Below, in pieces: positions 52,821-64,000 of a stretch of 64,000 nt of DNA. The notes under the pieces were generated by a model that searched no databases, was not told the DNA's origin, and worked only from the letters and a program-made list of their open reading frames with translations. The position numbers and the translations under genes were made by a program. This DNA is from Eledone cirrhosa (taxonomy: Eukaryota): NCBI GenBank assembly GCA_964016885.1, contig OZ024752.1, positions 20,088,001-20,152,000 of the forward strand, written 5' to 3'. Within the stretch, counting starts at the first letter, position 1. Each line of letters starts with the position of its first letter.

Positions 52821-55420
52821 TCCACATATTCCCGGGGGGGGGGGGGGGGGGTTGTAGGAGTAGACTCCTGAAACACACCTTCCAGTGGGTCCTGCCAGAG
52901 GTAGCCATCTGCAATTGGTGCAGCTGGATCCCCAAACCTGACCAACCAAGCTCATGGATGTTATCCAACCATCTTGTTTAGGGTCTACTCCTGGGTCTCC
53001 TGCCAGTTGGTTTTGCTAGTAAAATGTATCCAACATTTCTAAGATATTCTAATCACATTCCCCGCAGTATCAGAGCTGTGTGCTCTATCTAAATACATAT
53101 AATTCCAAATAGTTGAGGTTTAGTTTCATTTGTCTCATATAATCTATATAAAGAATCAAATGAAATTAGAGATAGGGGTATTAATAGAATACTGATTAAA
53201 TATCTATGATGGCTGCAGCAGTGTATTTACCTTGTAACTGATACAGTATTATGTCTGTGAAGAAGACACATACATATCAATAACACAGTCAACCTAATTT
53301 TAAGTGAACCATATCACACCCTGTATTTTATCTTGAGGTATCAATAAGCATGGCTCTCTGGTCAAGCAGGTCACCTTGCAATTACATGGTTTCAGGTTCA
53401 TTCCCAGTTTTAACACTCATACAGAAGGATCAAAATCACCATGGATTTGTTTGGTTTGAACTTCGAGAAAAATCTGATGAAATTAATTTTCAATGCAAAG
53501 TTCAACTTTGTTATAGCAGAAGAGGCCTGTTTTTATCTGTTATTGAACTATTGTTTTTATCATCAACATCATTTAACATGTTAAATAATTGTTTCTACTT
53601 TTTGGCACAAGGCCAGCAATTATCCCAGTGTATTACTGGTACTTTATTTTATCGACCCTGTAAGGATGAAAGGCAAAGTTAACCTCGGCGGGATTTGAAC
53701 TCAGACTGTAAAGGGATGTAACTATGCTAGAAAGCATGACATCCAACCTTCTACCGATACTGATTAATGATATATATATATACATATACACACACACACA
53801 CACGCACACCATTTTTTGCAGTTGTTGTTGGACCTCTGTTGTTTCCAATGAGCCATGCTCCAGATGATACAATCAACAGAACCTGCCTGCTCATGAAATA
53901 ACTATGAAAGTGGCTGAGCATTCCACAGACACATGCACCCCTAACATAGTTCTCCGGGAGATATAGCATGACGCAGTGTGTGAGAAGGATGGGTTCATGA
54001 ATTACAAGTACAGTTCATTTTTGCTAGTTGAGTGGACTGAAGTAATGTGAAATAAAATGTGTTGTTCAAGGACACGACTTCACAACCTTACAATTGAGAG
54101 CCCAGCAACTTAACCACTATGCTACTTGCCTTAGTTAAAGCCTGTTCTAAAGGCCGGTGCTTATCCTCAGTTTCCTTGGCATTAAGTGACTGAGAGTACA
54201 AGACACTCCCTGGACAGGGCATTAGTCTATTGCAAGATTAACTCCCTAACTATTGCTGGTACTCACTCTAAGCTGAGTGTACTGGAGAGCAACGTGAAAT
54301 AAAGTGTTTTACTCAAGAACACAACACAGCACTCTGTTCAGGAATCGAACCATGAGGCCATGTGGCTTCACCTACTTGCCTTCACACATCTTATATATAA
54401 TTGTTTCTACTTTAGGCACAAGGCCAGCAATTACCCAGTGCATTACTGGTACTTTATTTTATCGACCCCGTAAGGATGAAAGGCAAAGTCAACCTCGGCG
54501 GGATAATAAGCCTAAATTAGATTCTAAACATTTCTAACACAAGGGTGTTGAACATTTTTCTGTATTAGTATAACAAAATAATGGTTTCTGATTTAGGCAG
54601 AAGACCATCACTTTTGGGGGAGGAGAAAGTCGATTAAATCAACCTCCATGTGTTACTGGTATTTTATTTTATCAACCTTGTAAGGATAAAAGACAAAGTT
54701 AACCTTGGCAGGATTTGAACTCAGACTGTAAAGGGACGTAACTCTATGCTGGAAAGCATGGCATCTGACCCTCTACCGATACTGCCAATCCACTGCCCTT
54801 TATATATAATAAGCCTAAATTAGATTCTAAACATTTCTAACACGAGGATGTGTTGAATGTTGAACACTCTATCACAAGATAATCATTTCTAACATGGACA
54901 GAAAGCTACAAATTTTGAAGGAAGGTTTAGTCAGATTAAATCGAACCCAGTCCATAACTGGTACTTTATTTTTTTCAACACCTGGAAATATGAAAGACAA
55001 AGTTGACCTAAGCAGTATTTCAACTGAAAATGTAAAGAGCTGGAACTAAGTACTGCAGCGTATTTTGTCAGTGGCTCTAAATATTCTGTTAACACCATCT
55101 TGTACAACAATATATAAACAAATATACAAATGTATGTGTATAAGTGTGTGTGTGTGCGTGTGTCTGTGTGTGTCTGTGTGTGTCTGTCTGTGTGCGTGTG
55201 TGTATGTGTGTTTGTGTGTCTGTGAGTGTGTGCGTGTCTGTGTGTCTGTTTGTGTGTTTGTGTGTCTGTGAATGTGTGTGTATGTGTGTCTGTGAGTGTG
55301 TGTGTATGTGTGTATGTGTGTATGTGTGTCTGGCTATTGTTTATTGTTCTAGTCCAATGTAAATATAGACATACAGAGAATTCATTTACATTTAGGAAAG
55401 GTAGGGGCTTTTTGTGTTTG

Positions 55421-55451
<31 letters not shown>

Positions 55452-56512
55452 TCACGTGTTTGAGTACATGTGTGTATAAGCATACATTTGGGTGTATCTG
55501 TGTGTGAGTATACTTGTGTGTATGCATATGTGTATATGTGTATGTAAGTATGCATGTGTGTGCGCATGTATGTGAGTATGCATGTGTGTGTATGTAAGTA
55601 TGCATGTGTGTGTGTGTAAGTATGCATGTGTCTGTGTGTGTGAGTATACATGGGTGTGTGTGTATGTAAGTATACACGTGTGTGTGCTTGTGAGTATGCT
55701 TGTGTGTGTGTGTGTGTGTAAGTATGCATGTGTGTGTGTGTGTAAGTATACAGAGTTTGGCTAGTCAACAATGACCAGCCAAACTGTCATAAGTAGTGAA
55801 ACACAATAATACCAGAGGTGTATCAGTGTCCTCTCTATGTTATATTTAGCCACAGCCTTGCAAGCCTCTGGCTAAATATAACATGCTTTCTTCTCATTTC
55901 TAGTAGCACTAGACAACTCTATTCTTTTAGTCTTTTGTCAATAAACTGAAGCCATTCTAGGGAACCAATTTGAAGGGATTTTACAGACCAAGTCAGGACT
56001 CAGTCAAATGTACTATGGGCTACATCTTGCTTACATATATGTTCCTACACTTTACAGAGTGTAGGAATACATTTTATCATAGAACAACACTAGGGAGGTT
56101 GCTGTGCCCTTGATAATTAAATCAGAGTCAAGAATTCCCCCTGGATAGGACGCCTATCTACTGCTGGGTTAAACCCCCAGCTACTGCTGGTACTCATTTT
56201 CAGCTGAGTATTATGGAGCAACATGAAATGAAGTGCTTTTCTCAAGAACACAACACACAACCCAGTCCAGGAATCAAATCCACAATATTATGATTATAAG
56301 TCCAACACCCTTACCACAAGGACACACACCTTTACCATTATTGACAGAAGTTCCCCATAATAAAATGCAACTGTAGACGTTGTGGTATAATGGCGAGCTA
56401 GAACAGTTGAATGCAGAATCCGAGGACTTGTATATTCTATTCGTGAGCTTCCTCATGTAACTTTCTTCTACTTTTATCTTTTGTCTTCAGGTTTTGAAGT
56501 TGAGTCTTTCAC

Positions 56513-59500
56513 GCTACACACTATATCTCACTCTACACACTATATCTCACACTACACTATATCTCACCCTACACACTATATCTCACACTACACACTATAT
56601 CTCACCCTACACACTATATCTCACTCTACACACTATATCTCACCTACACTATATCTCACTCTACACACTATATCTCACACTACACACTATATCTCACCTA
56701 CACTATATCTCACCCTACACACTATATCTCACCCTACACACTATATCTCACCCTACACACTATATCTCACCCTACACACTATATCTCACCTACACTATAT
56801 CTCACACTACACACTATATAATAAAAATAATAATAATAATGAAATTATTGTGTAAAGTGCTCAGGTGCACTACAACTCGTCAATATAGTACATAGAATAA
56901 TACACAAATGCCAGGGAAGTACATGTTTGTATGTGTTAGCTGTAGTGTTGGCGGATCTCGGGAAGCATGGAGGCCTTAAAGGATGCAGTGTCTCGACAGC
57001 TAACAACTGATGCAGGTAGTTTGTTCCATGCTTCAGCAACTCTGAGCGTGAAAAAATGTTTCCGAAAGTCATGGGAACTGTGCTGTTTTCTTACTTTGTG
57101 GGCATGTCCACGTGTGTTAGACACATGGAAATCGAAAAGGCACTCAGGGTTGTTGTTGGCAACATGGTTAACAATTTTGTGGGTGTTTACCAAGTCAGTT
57201 GCCAGGCGTCGGAGCTTCAATGAATCCATGCCCAGGGAAGCAAGGCGCTCAGAGTATGGTAGATGCCTGATGGAGGGTATTCGCTTGGTTGCACGTCTCT
57301 GAACAGTTTTCAGGCGGTCAATGTCCTGAGCAAGATAGGGGTTCCAGACTGGTGATGCAAATTCTAAGTGTGGTCGCACCATAGCTGTATACAGCCTTAA
57401 ATAGATATCTGGAGAGCGGCTGACAAAGGTCTTGCTGAGTGATGCTAAGACACCCTCGGCCCTCTTGACAATTTTAGAGACGTGCCTCGTCCAACGCAAA
57501 TCGCTGCTGACCGTAATGCCCAGGTCACGTTCACAGGAAGACTTCTTGATATTAGTGCTGTGGAGGGAGTATGTGGACGCTGGGTTTTTACTCCCAAAAT
57601 GCATGGTGGTGCACTTGTCCACAGCTAGCTTGAGTTGCCAGTCTGAGATCCACTGTTGCATTGTGTCCAGGTCAGACTGCAAGCAAGATCTATAGTGTTC
57701 AGGATCTGTCCTTTTTATCTCAAGGTACAGCTTGATGTCATCTGCGTACTTTAGTACTGTGGCATTCCTTAAGTTGGCATCTATGTCATTAATATATGCC
57801 ACAAACAAAAGGGGGCCAAGAACAGATCCCTGAGGTACACCAGATGACATCTCATATGGTGAGGAATGCTGTCCCAGAACCGTGACTACCTCTCTTCGAC
57901 TGAGAATGAAGGACTTCAACCAGTTAAAAAGATCATCCTTCACACCCATTGCAGAGAGTTTTGCCATAAGCCTTTTGTGTGGCACAGAATTGAAGGCCTT
58001 CGCAAAGTCAAGGTAAACAACGTCCACCCATGAGCCGCCATCAGTGATCCGGGTGATGTCCTCAAGAAACTATAAGTTGATCACAGCAGCTGGAGTTGGG
58101 GATAAATCCAAATTGCGAGGGCCGGATAAGACTGTGAGAGCTCCAGAAGTTCCAAAGTGTTTCTCTCACACAGGATTCCATTAGTTTGGCGATGCAACTA
58201 GTAAGACTGACTGGACGATAGTTCACAGGTGATGTGCGGTCACCCTTTTTGAACAGAGGAATGACACTGGCAGTTTTCCACTGTTCTGGAGTAGCACTGT
58301 TGTTCAGACAGAATTGGAAGAAGCATGATAACTGGTGTAGAAGGAAGTACCCACCACGTTTAAGAAGCAGGTACATAACACCATCAAGACCAGGAGAGGC
58401 ATGGTTGCGTTTATTTTTTAGGTGACGTCGCAGCATTGCAGGTGTAAATTCCATGGTTGTAATAGAGTCCGGTGTCATAGGTGGTGGAGATGGTACACTC
58501 TGGTCTTCAATGGTGAAAATGCCTGCATAGCATTCAGCAATGAGCTCTGCGCATTCCTTGGGGTCGTCAGTAACCTGGCTTGTGTGGGGATTGCGAAGAG
58601 GACCAACTGGAGAGTGAGGCCTCTGCTTTGAGTGAACATACTTCCAGAACACCTTACTGTCAGGGCTGGTTGCTATGCGCTGCTCAAATTGAAGCACTGC
58701 CTTTTTTGTCACCTACACACTATATCTCACTCTACACACTATATCTCACCTACACTATATCTCACTCTACACACTATATCTCACACTACACACTATATCT
58801 CACCTACACTATATCTCACCCTACACACTATATCTCACACTACACACTATATCTCACCCTACACACTATATCTCACACTACACACTATATCTCACCCTAC
58901 ACTATATCTCACACTACACACTATATCTCACACTACACACTATATCTCACACTACACACTATATCTCACCCTACACACTATATCTCACACTACACACTAT
59001 ATCTCACACTACACACTATATCTCACACTACACACTATATCTCACACTACACACTATATCTCACCCTACACACTATATCTCACACTACACACTATATCTC
59101 ACTCTACACACTATATCTCACACTACACTATATCTCACCCTACACACTTTATCTCACCCTACACACTATATCTCACACTACACACTATATCTCACACTAC
59201 ACACTATATCTCACACTACACACTATATCTCACACTACACACTATATCTCACCCTACACACTATATCTCACCCTACACACTATATCTCACACTACACACT
59301 ATACCTCACCCTACACACTATATCTCACACTACACACTATATCTCACTCTACACACTATATCTCACACTATACACTATATCTCACCCTACACACTATATC
59401 TCACACTACACACTATATCTCACACTACACACTATATCACACCCTACACTCTATATCTCACAATACACTATATCTCACCCTACACTATATCTCACACTAC

Positions 59501-61735
59501 ACACTATATATCACCCTACAAACTATATCTCACCCTGCACACTATATCTCACACTACACACTATATCTCACCGTACACACTATATCTCACCCTACACACT
59601 ATATCTCACACTACACACTATATCTCACACTACACACTATATCACACCCTACACTCTATATCTCACTACACACTATATCTCACACTACACTATATCTCAC
59701 TCTACACACTATATCTCACAATACACTATATCTCACCCTGCACACTATATCTCACACTACACACTATATCTCACCGTACACACTATATCTCACCCTACAC
59801 ACTATATCTCACACTACACACTATATCTCACACTACACACTATATCACACCCTACACTCTATATCTCACTACACACTATATCTCACACTACACTATATCT
59901 CACTCTACACACTATATCTCACAATACACTATATCTCACCGTACACACTATATCTCACCCTACACACTATATCTCACACTACACACTATATCTCACACTA
60001 CACTATATCTCACCCTACACTATATCTCACCCTACACTATATCTCACCCTACACACTATATCTCACCCTACACTATATCTCACACTACACACTATATCTC
60101 ACCCTACACACTATATCTCACACTACACTATATCTCCCACTACACACTATATCTCACCCTACACACTATATCTCTCACTACACTATATCTCACCCTACAC
60201 TATATCTCACCGTACACACTATATCTCACAATACACTATATCTCACACTACACACTATATCTCACGCTACACACTATATTTTCCACTACACTATATCTCA
60301 CACTACACACTATATCTCACACTACACACTATATCTCACCCTAAACATTATATCTCACACTACACACTATATCTCACCCTACACACTATATCTCACCCTA
60401 CACACTATATCTCACCCTACACACTATATCTCACCCTACACACTATATCTAACCCTATAATATATCTTACCCTACACACTTTATCTCACCCTACACACTA
60501 TATCTCACACTATACACTATATCTCACACTACACACTATATCTCACACTACACACTATATCTCACACTACACACTATATCTCACCCTACACACTATATCT
60601 CACCCTACACCCTATATCTCACCCTACACACTATATCTCACACTACACACTACATCTCACACTACACACTATATCTCACACTACACTATTTCTCACCCTA
60701 CACACTTTATCTCACAATATACTATATCTCATACTACACACTATATCTCACCGTATACACTATATCTCACCCTAGACACTATATCTCACACTACACACTA
60801 TATCTCACCCTACACACTATATCTCACACTACACACTATATCTCACACTACACTATATCTCACCCTACACTATATCTCACCCTACACACTATATCTCACA
60901 CTACACTATATCTCACCCTACACTATATCTCACCGTACACACTATATCTCACCCTACACACTATATCTCACACTACACACTATATCTCACACTACACTAT
61001 ATCTCACCCTACACTATATCTCACCCTACACTATATCTCACCCTACACACTATATCTCACCCTACACACTATATCTCACCCTACACTATATCTCACACTA
61101 CACACTATATCTCACCCTACACACTATATCTCACACTACACTATATCTCCCACTACACACTATATCTCACCCTACGCACTATATCTCTCACTACACTATA
61201 TCTCACCCTACACACTATATCTCACACTACACTATATCTCACCCTACACTATATCTCACCCTACACTATATCTCACCCTACACACTATATCTCACCCTAC
61301 ACACTATATCTCACCCTACACTATATCTCACACTACACACTATATCTCACCCTACACACTATATCTCACACTACACTATATCTCCCACTACACACTATAT
61401 CTCACCCTACGCACTATATCTCTCACTACACTATATCTCACCCTACACTATATCTCACCGTACACACTATATCTCACCCTAGACACTATATCTCACACTA
61501 CACACTATATCTCACCCTACACACTATATCTTCCACTACACTATATCTCACACTACACACTATATCTCACACTACACTATATCTCCCACTACACACTATA
61601 TCTCACCCTACACACTATATCTCACGCTACACACTATATCTCACCCTACACACTAGATCCCACTCTACACACTATATCTCACCGTACACACTATATCTCA
61701 CCCTACACTATATCTCACCCTACACACTATATTCT
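56513..61735. repeat. 18-20-bp satellite CTACACACTATATCTCAC(A/C), split by a CR1 insertion
   Basis: Arrays at 56513-56819 and 58709-61735. Confidence 0.96.
56820..58708 (-). mobile_element. 5'-truncated CR1-clade LINE (RT, one frameshift near 58070)
   Basis: NYRPVSLTS, QFGF, VYLDFAKAF, GVPQGSVLGP, YADD, VRPHLEFASPVWNP, RGH; (ATT)n tail. Confidence 0.94.
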
Positions 61736-61886
61736 CAGTCTAATACTTACTATAACTGCAGATGCCCCCATTTTGTGACAAATTTTGAACTCCTAATACA
61801 GTTCAATAATATTCACAAATATTTAGACAAGTCACTTGGCTACTAACCTTGATCTCTCTAATATTGTGACAATTACATAACATTAA

Positions 61887-62074
61887 CCCTTTAGCATTTA
61901 CATTACTTCATACTTACTAGCCTGCATCTCATAATTATCTCACATAATATTGACTCTATGAGATTTTGATATTTACCTTGAGAACAATACCTTAACCTTT
62001 ACAGTTCCAGCTGATTTGAACAGAAAAAGGTGAGAGAATCCTTACTGGATATGGCCAGTTTAAATGCTAAAGGG
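61887..62074. mobile_element. piggyBac-like MITE
   Basis: TTAA TSDs at 61883-86 and 62075-78; TIR CCCTTTAGCATTT / AAATGCTAAAGGG. Confidence 0.8.
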
Positions 62075-62253
62075 TTAAAGTGTTGCTCTAACATTAAGTT
62101 GGTTTCATAATAGTGAAGTGCTGTTCTACCTAATATTGTGTTACATAGCATTAAAGTGTTGCTCACTCTCTGCCATATTCCTAACTCTTCTACTATTTTA
62201 TATGAAAATAAAAAGAAACAATTAAGAAAGCTGCTACCGTTTGTTTATTGCAG

Positions 62254-62389
62254 AAAACAATGCTTTGCTTGAGTGCCACTCCAGAGAAATTATTACTTGG
62301 AGCTGAATTGTTGGACTTGAAGAAGAAATATAATGATAGCTATTACAGGGAGTTCAGTATTGATGATCTTGAGAACTTCCAAGGAGCAG
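62254..62389 (+). CDS. ANO10: Anoctamin-10-like, second coding exon (absent from the ORF track)
   Basis: Acceptor TTTATTGCAG, phase 0 matching the previous donor. KTMLCLSATPEKLLLGAELLDLKKKYNDSYYREFSIDDLENFQGA resembles ANO10 [22 protein letters not shown]...QNFKG (from memory); donor CAG|GTACC. Confidence 0.85.
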
Positions 62390-63324
62390 GTACCAAGAAA
62401 TATGTTTGATAATATGTTTAATACAATATCTACTTTCTACTAATGGTGGTAGTTTGAAGTAGAGGGGATCAGTGGCAGTGTTTAGATAGGGGTTCAAAAC
62501 ACACATTTAGTCAGCAATGCCAGGATGATGTTTTTGTTTTGTTTTCTATTGTTTTATTGTGTTTTTTGCAGATGTGGGGGTGGGTGGTGGGGAGGCCTTG
62601 CTCATTTCTTTCTAACTTTTTAGTCTGGAAGTAGAGTGACAAGTGGCTTATGTGGACTGCTTTAAACTGCTGAAGTTGGTGTGGCTGATGTTCATATTGA
62701 ACTAGTGCAAGTTTATCTCTAATTCTGTGCAAGTTTATCTCTCATCCTGTCTAGAGAGAGTCTTGTACTCTCAGTCACTAATGCCTAGGAAACTGGAGAT
62801 AAGCACTGGCCTAATGATCCTTCGGTTTAGAACAAACTTTAACTTTAACTAACTAAGGTTAATCTCTGTAGAAACAAATGTAAATAGAAATTTAGAAGCC
62901 TTTCAGTTAAGATCATGGTTGAGATTCTGTAATACAGGTAAAGGAATTATGGTAAGATTGAAAGGTAATTCTTAATGAAGGAGCTATTACCCTCTTTTCT
63001 GACACTAGTTTGACTTTTCATTTTGGCTAAACAATTATATCATATTTCAGAGTTATACTTGTCTGGCAAAGTGATTTCATCTAAGCCTGAGTGTTGAAAC
63101 ATTGTGGAAGAGTCATCTTAGCCATTCAAAAACACTTGCTTTGCAGCATAGAATTACATCCCATTACATTTTGGGTTCAAATCCCACCATGGTTAGCTTT
63201 GCCTTACGGGGTCGATAAAATAAAGTACCAGTAATGCACTGGGGTCGATTTAATCAACTTTCCCCTTCTCCAAAAATTGTTAGCTTTCTGCCTAAATCAG
63301 AAATCATTATTGTTATTTGTATAA

Positions 63325-63512
63325 GGGCGGTGGATTGGCAGTATCGGTAGAGGGTCGGACGCCATGCTTTGACGCATAGAGTTACGGCCCTTGCCATTCT
63401 GAGTTCAAATCCCACCAAGGTTAACTTTGCCTTTCATCCTTACGGGGTCGATAAAATAAAGTACCAGTAATGCACTGGGATAATTGCTGGCTTTGTGCCT
63501 AACGTAGAAACA
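63325..63512 (+). mobile_element. Meta-like tRNA SINE
   Basis: Family match; TSD ATTATTGTTATTTGT. Confidence 0.88.
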
Positions 63513-63601
63513 ATTATTGTTATTTGTTACTTCCACTATAAAAGACAGCTTTAAGCTGAGTTGTCCAATCTAGAGTGGAACTAAGAGATGTTTGGATAGA
63601 G

Positions 63602-63920
63602 CAGAGGTTATCAAGGTGGCTGTACCCCCTCCCCCAAGGGAGGGCGTTGAGAAGGTCCAGGGGGCGCTGCAGCCAAAGGGGGTGGTGGTAGAGATGGTAT
63701 AATACTATATTAAATATCAAATGATAAATATATATTAATATAGTAAAATAAAAAATATATAATATTCATTTATACATATATATTATATTATTTATTATAT
63801 ATAAACTAACGATTTTATTTATTATATATTATTTACAATTTGCATGTAGGCAGGTGTCTCTTGAAATAAGGGTAGGGGGCGCTGAGGGGGGCAGTGGCCT
63901 GAAAAGTTTGAGAACATCTG
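63602..63920. mobile_element. hAT-type MITE
   Basis: Perfect 8-bp TSD GGATAGAG (63594-601, 63921-28); CAG...CTG termini; inverted relative of 22297-22654. Confidence 0.87.
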
Positions 63921-64000
63921 GGATAGAGTGATGAAAGTTTGATAGTGTTGCAGGTTAGTAATTGGTGGGGAGTAAATGGTAGAAGAGGCATATAGAAAGG

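Noticed and set aside
52190-52968. Poly-Asp/Glu, poly-Arg and poly-Thr ORFs
   Set aside because: Translations of a trinucleotide tract
56820-56935. CR1 as partner LINE of the Meta-SINE
   Set aside because: It has an (ATT)n tail, but its 3' UTR shows no similarity to the SINE 3' end
58580-60460. 570-626-aa His/Tyr/Thr ORFs
   Set aside because: Satellite translation

Overview
AT-rich, repeat-dense animal genomic DNA. The SINE families suggest an octopod cephalopod, but this is my inference. The only host gene I can support is an anoctamin-10 (TMEM16K)-like gene on the + strand: two coding exons (40195-40374, 62254-62389) separated by a ~21.9 kb intron. The rest is mobile DNA and tandem repeats: a full-length but disrupted Ty3/Gypsy LTR element (14207-19064), a second Gypsy pol fragment, CR1 and RTE LINE fragments, Meta- and CORE-domain tRNA SINEs, hAT and piggyBac-like MITEs, two satellites and a 2 kb tandem duplication. 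The most notable signal is invisible to the ORF track. Small non-coding elements, unrelated to each other in sequence, sit inside (TA)n microsatellites and carry minimal type I hammerhead ribozyme motifs (CUGANGA...GAAA, palindromic helix III). Several have a terminally redundant monomer (273, 317, 468 bp) plus an inverted copy of one end. This is Penelope pseudo-LTR / non-LTR retrozyme architecture. Five families have intact or near-intact motifs, four of them clustered at 43.8-49.6 kb in the ANO10 intron, and several decayed motifs also occur. Ribozyme activity is inferred from motif and pairing only.
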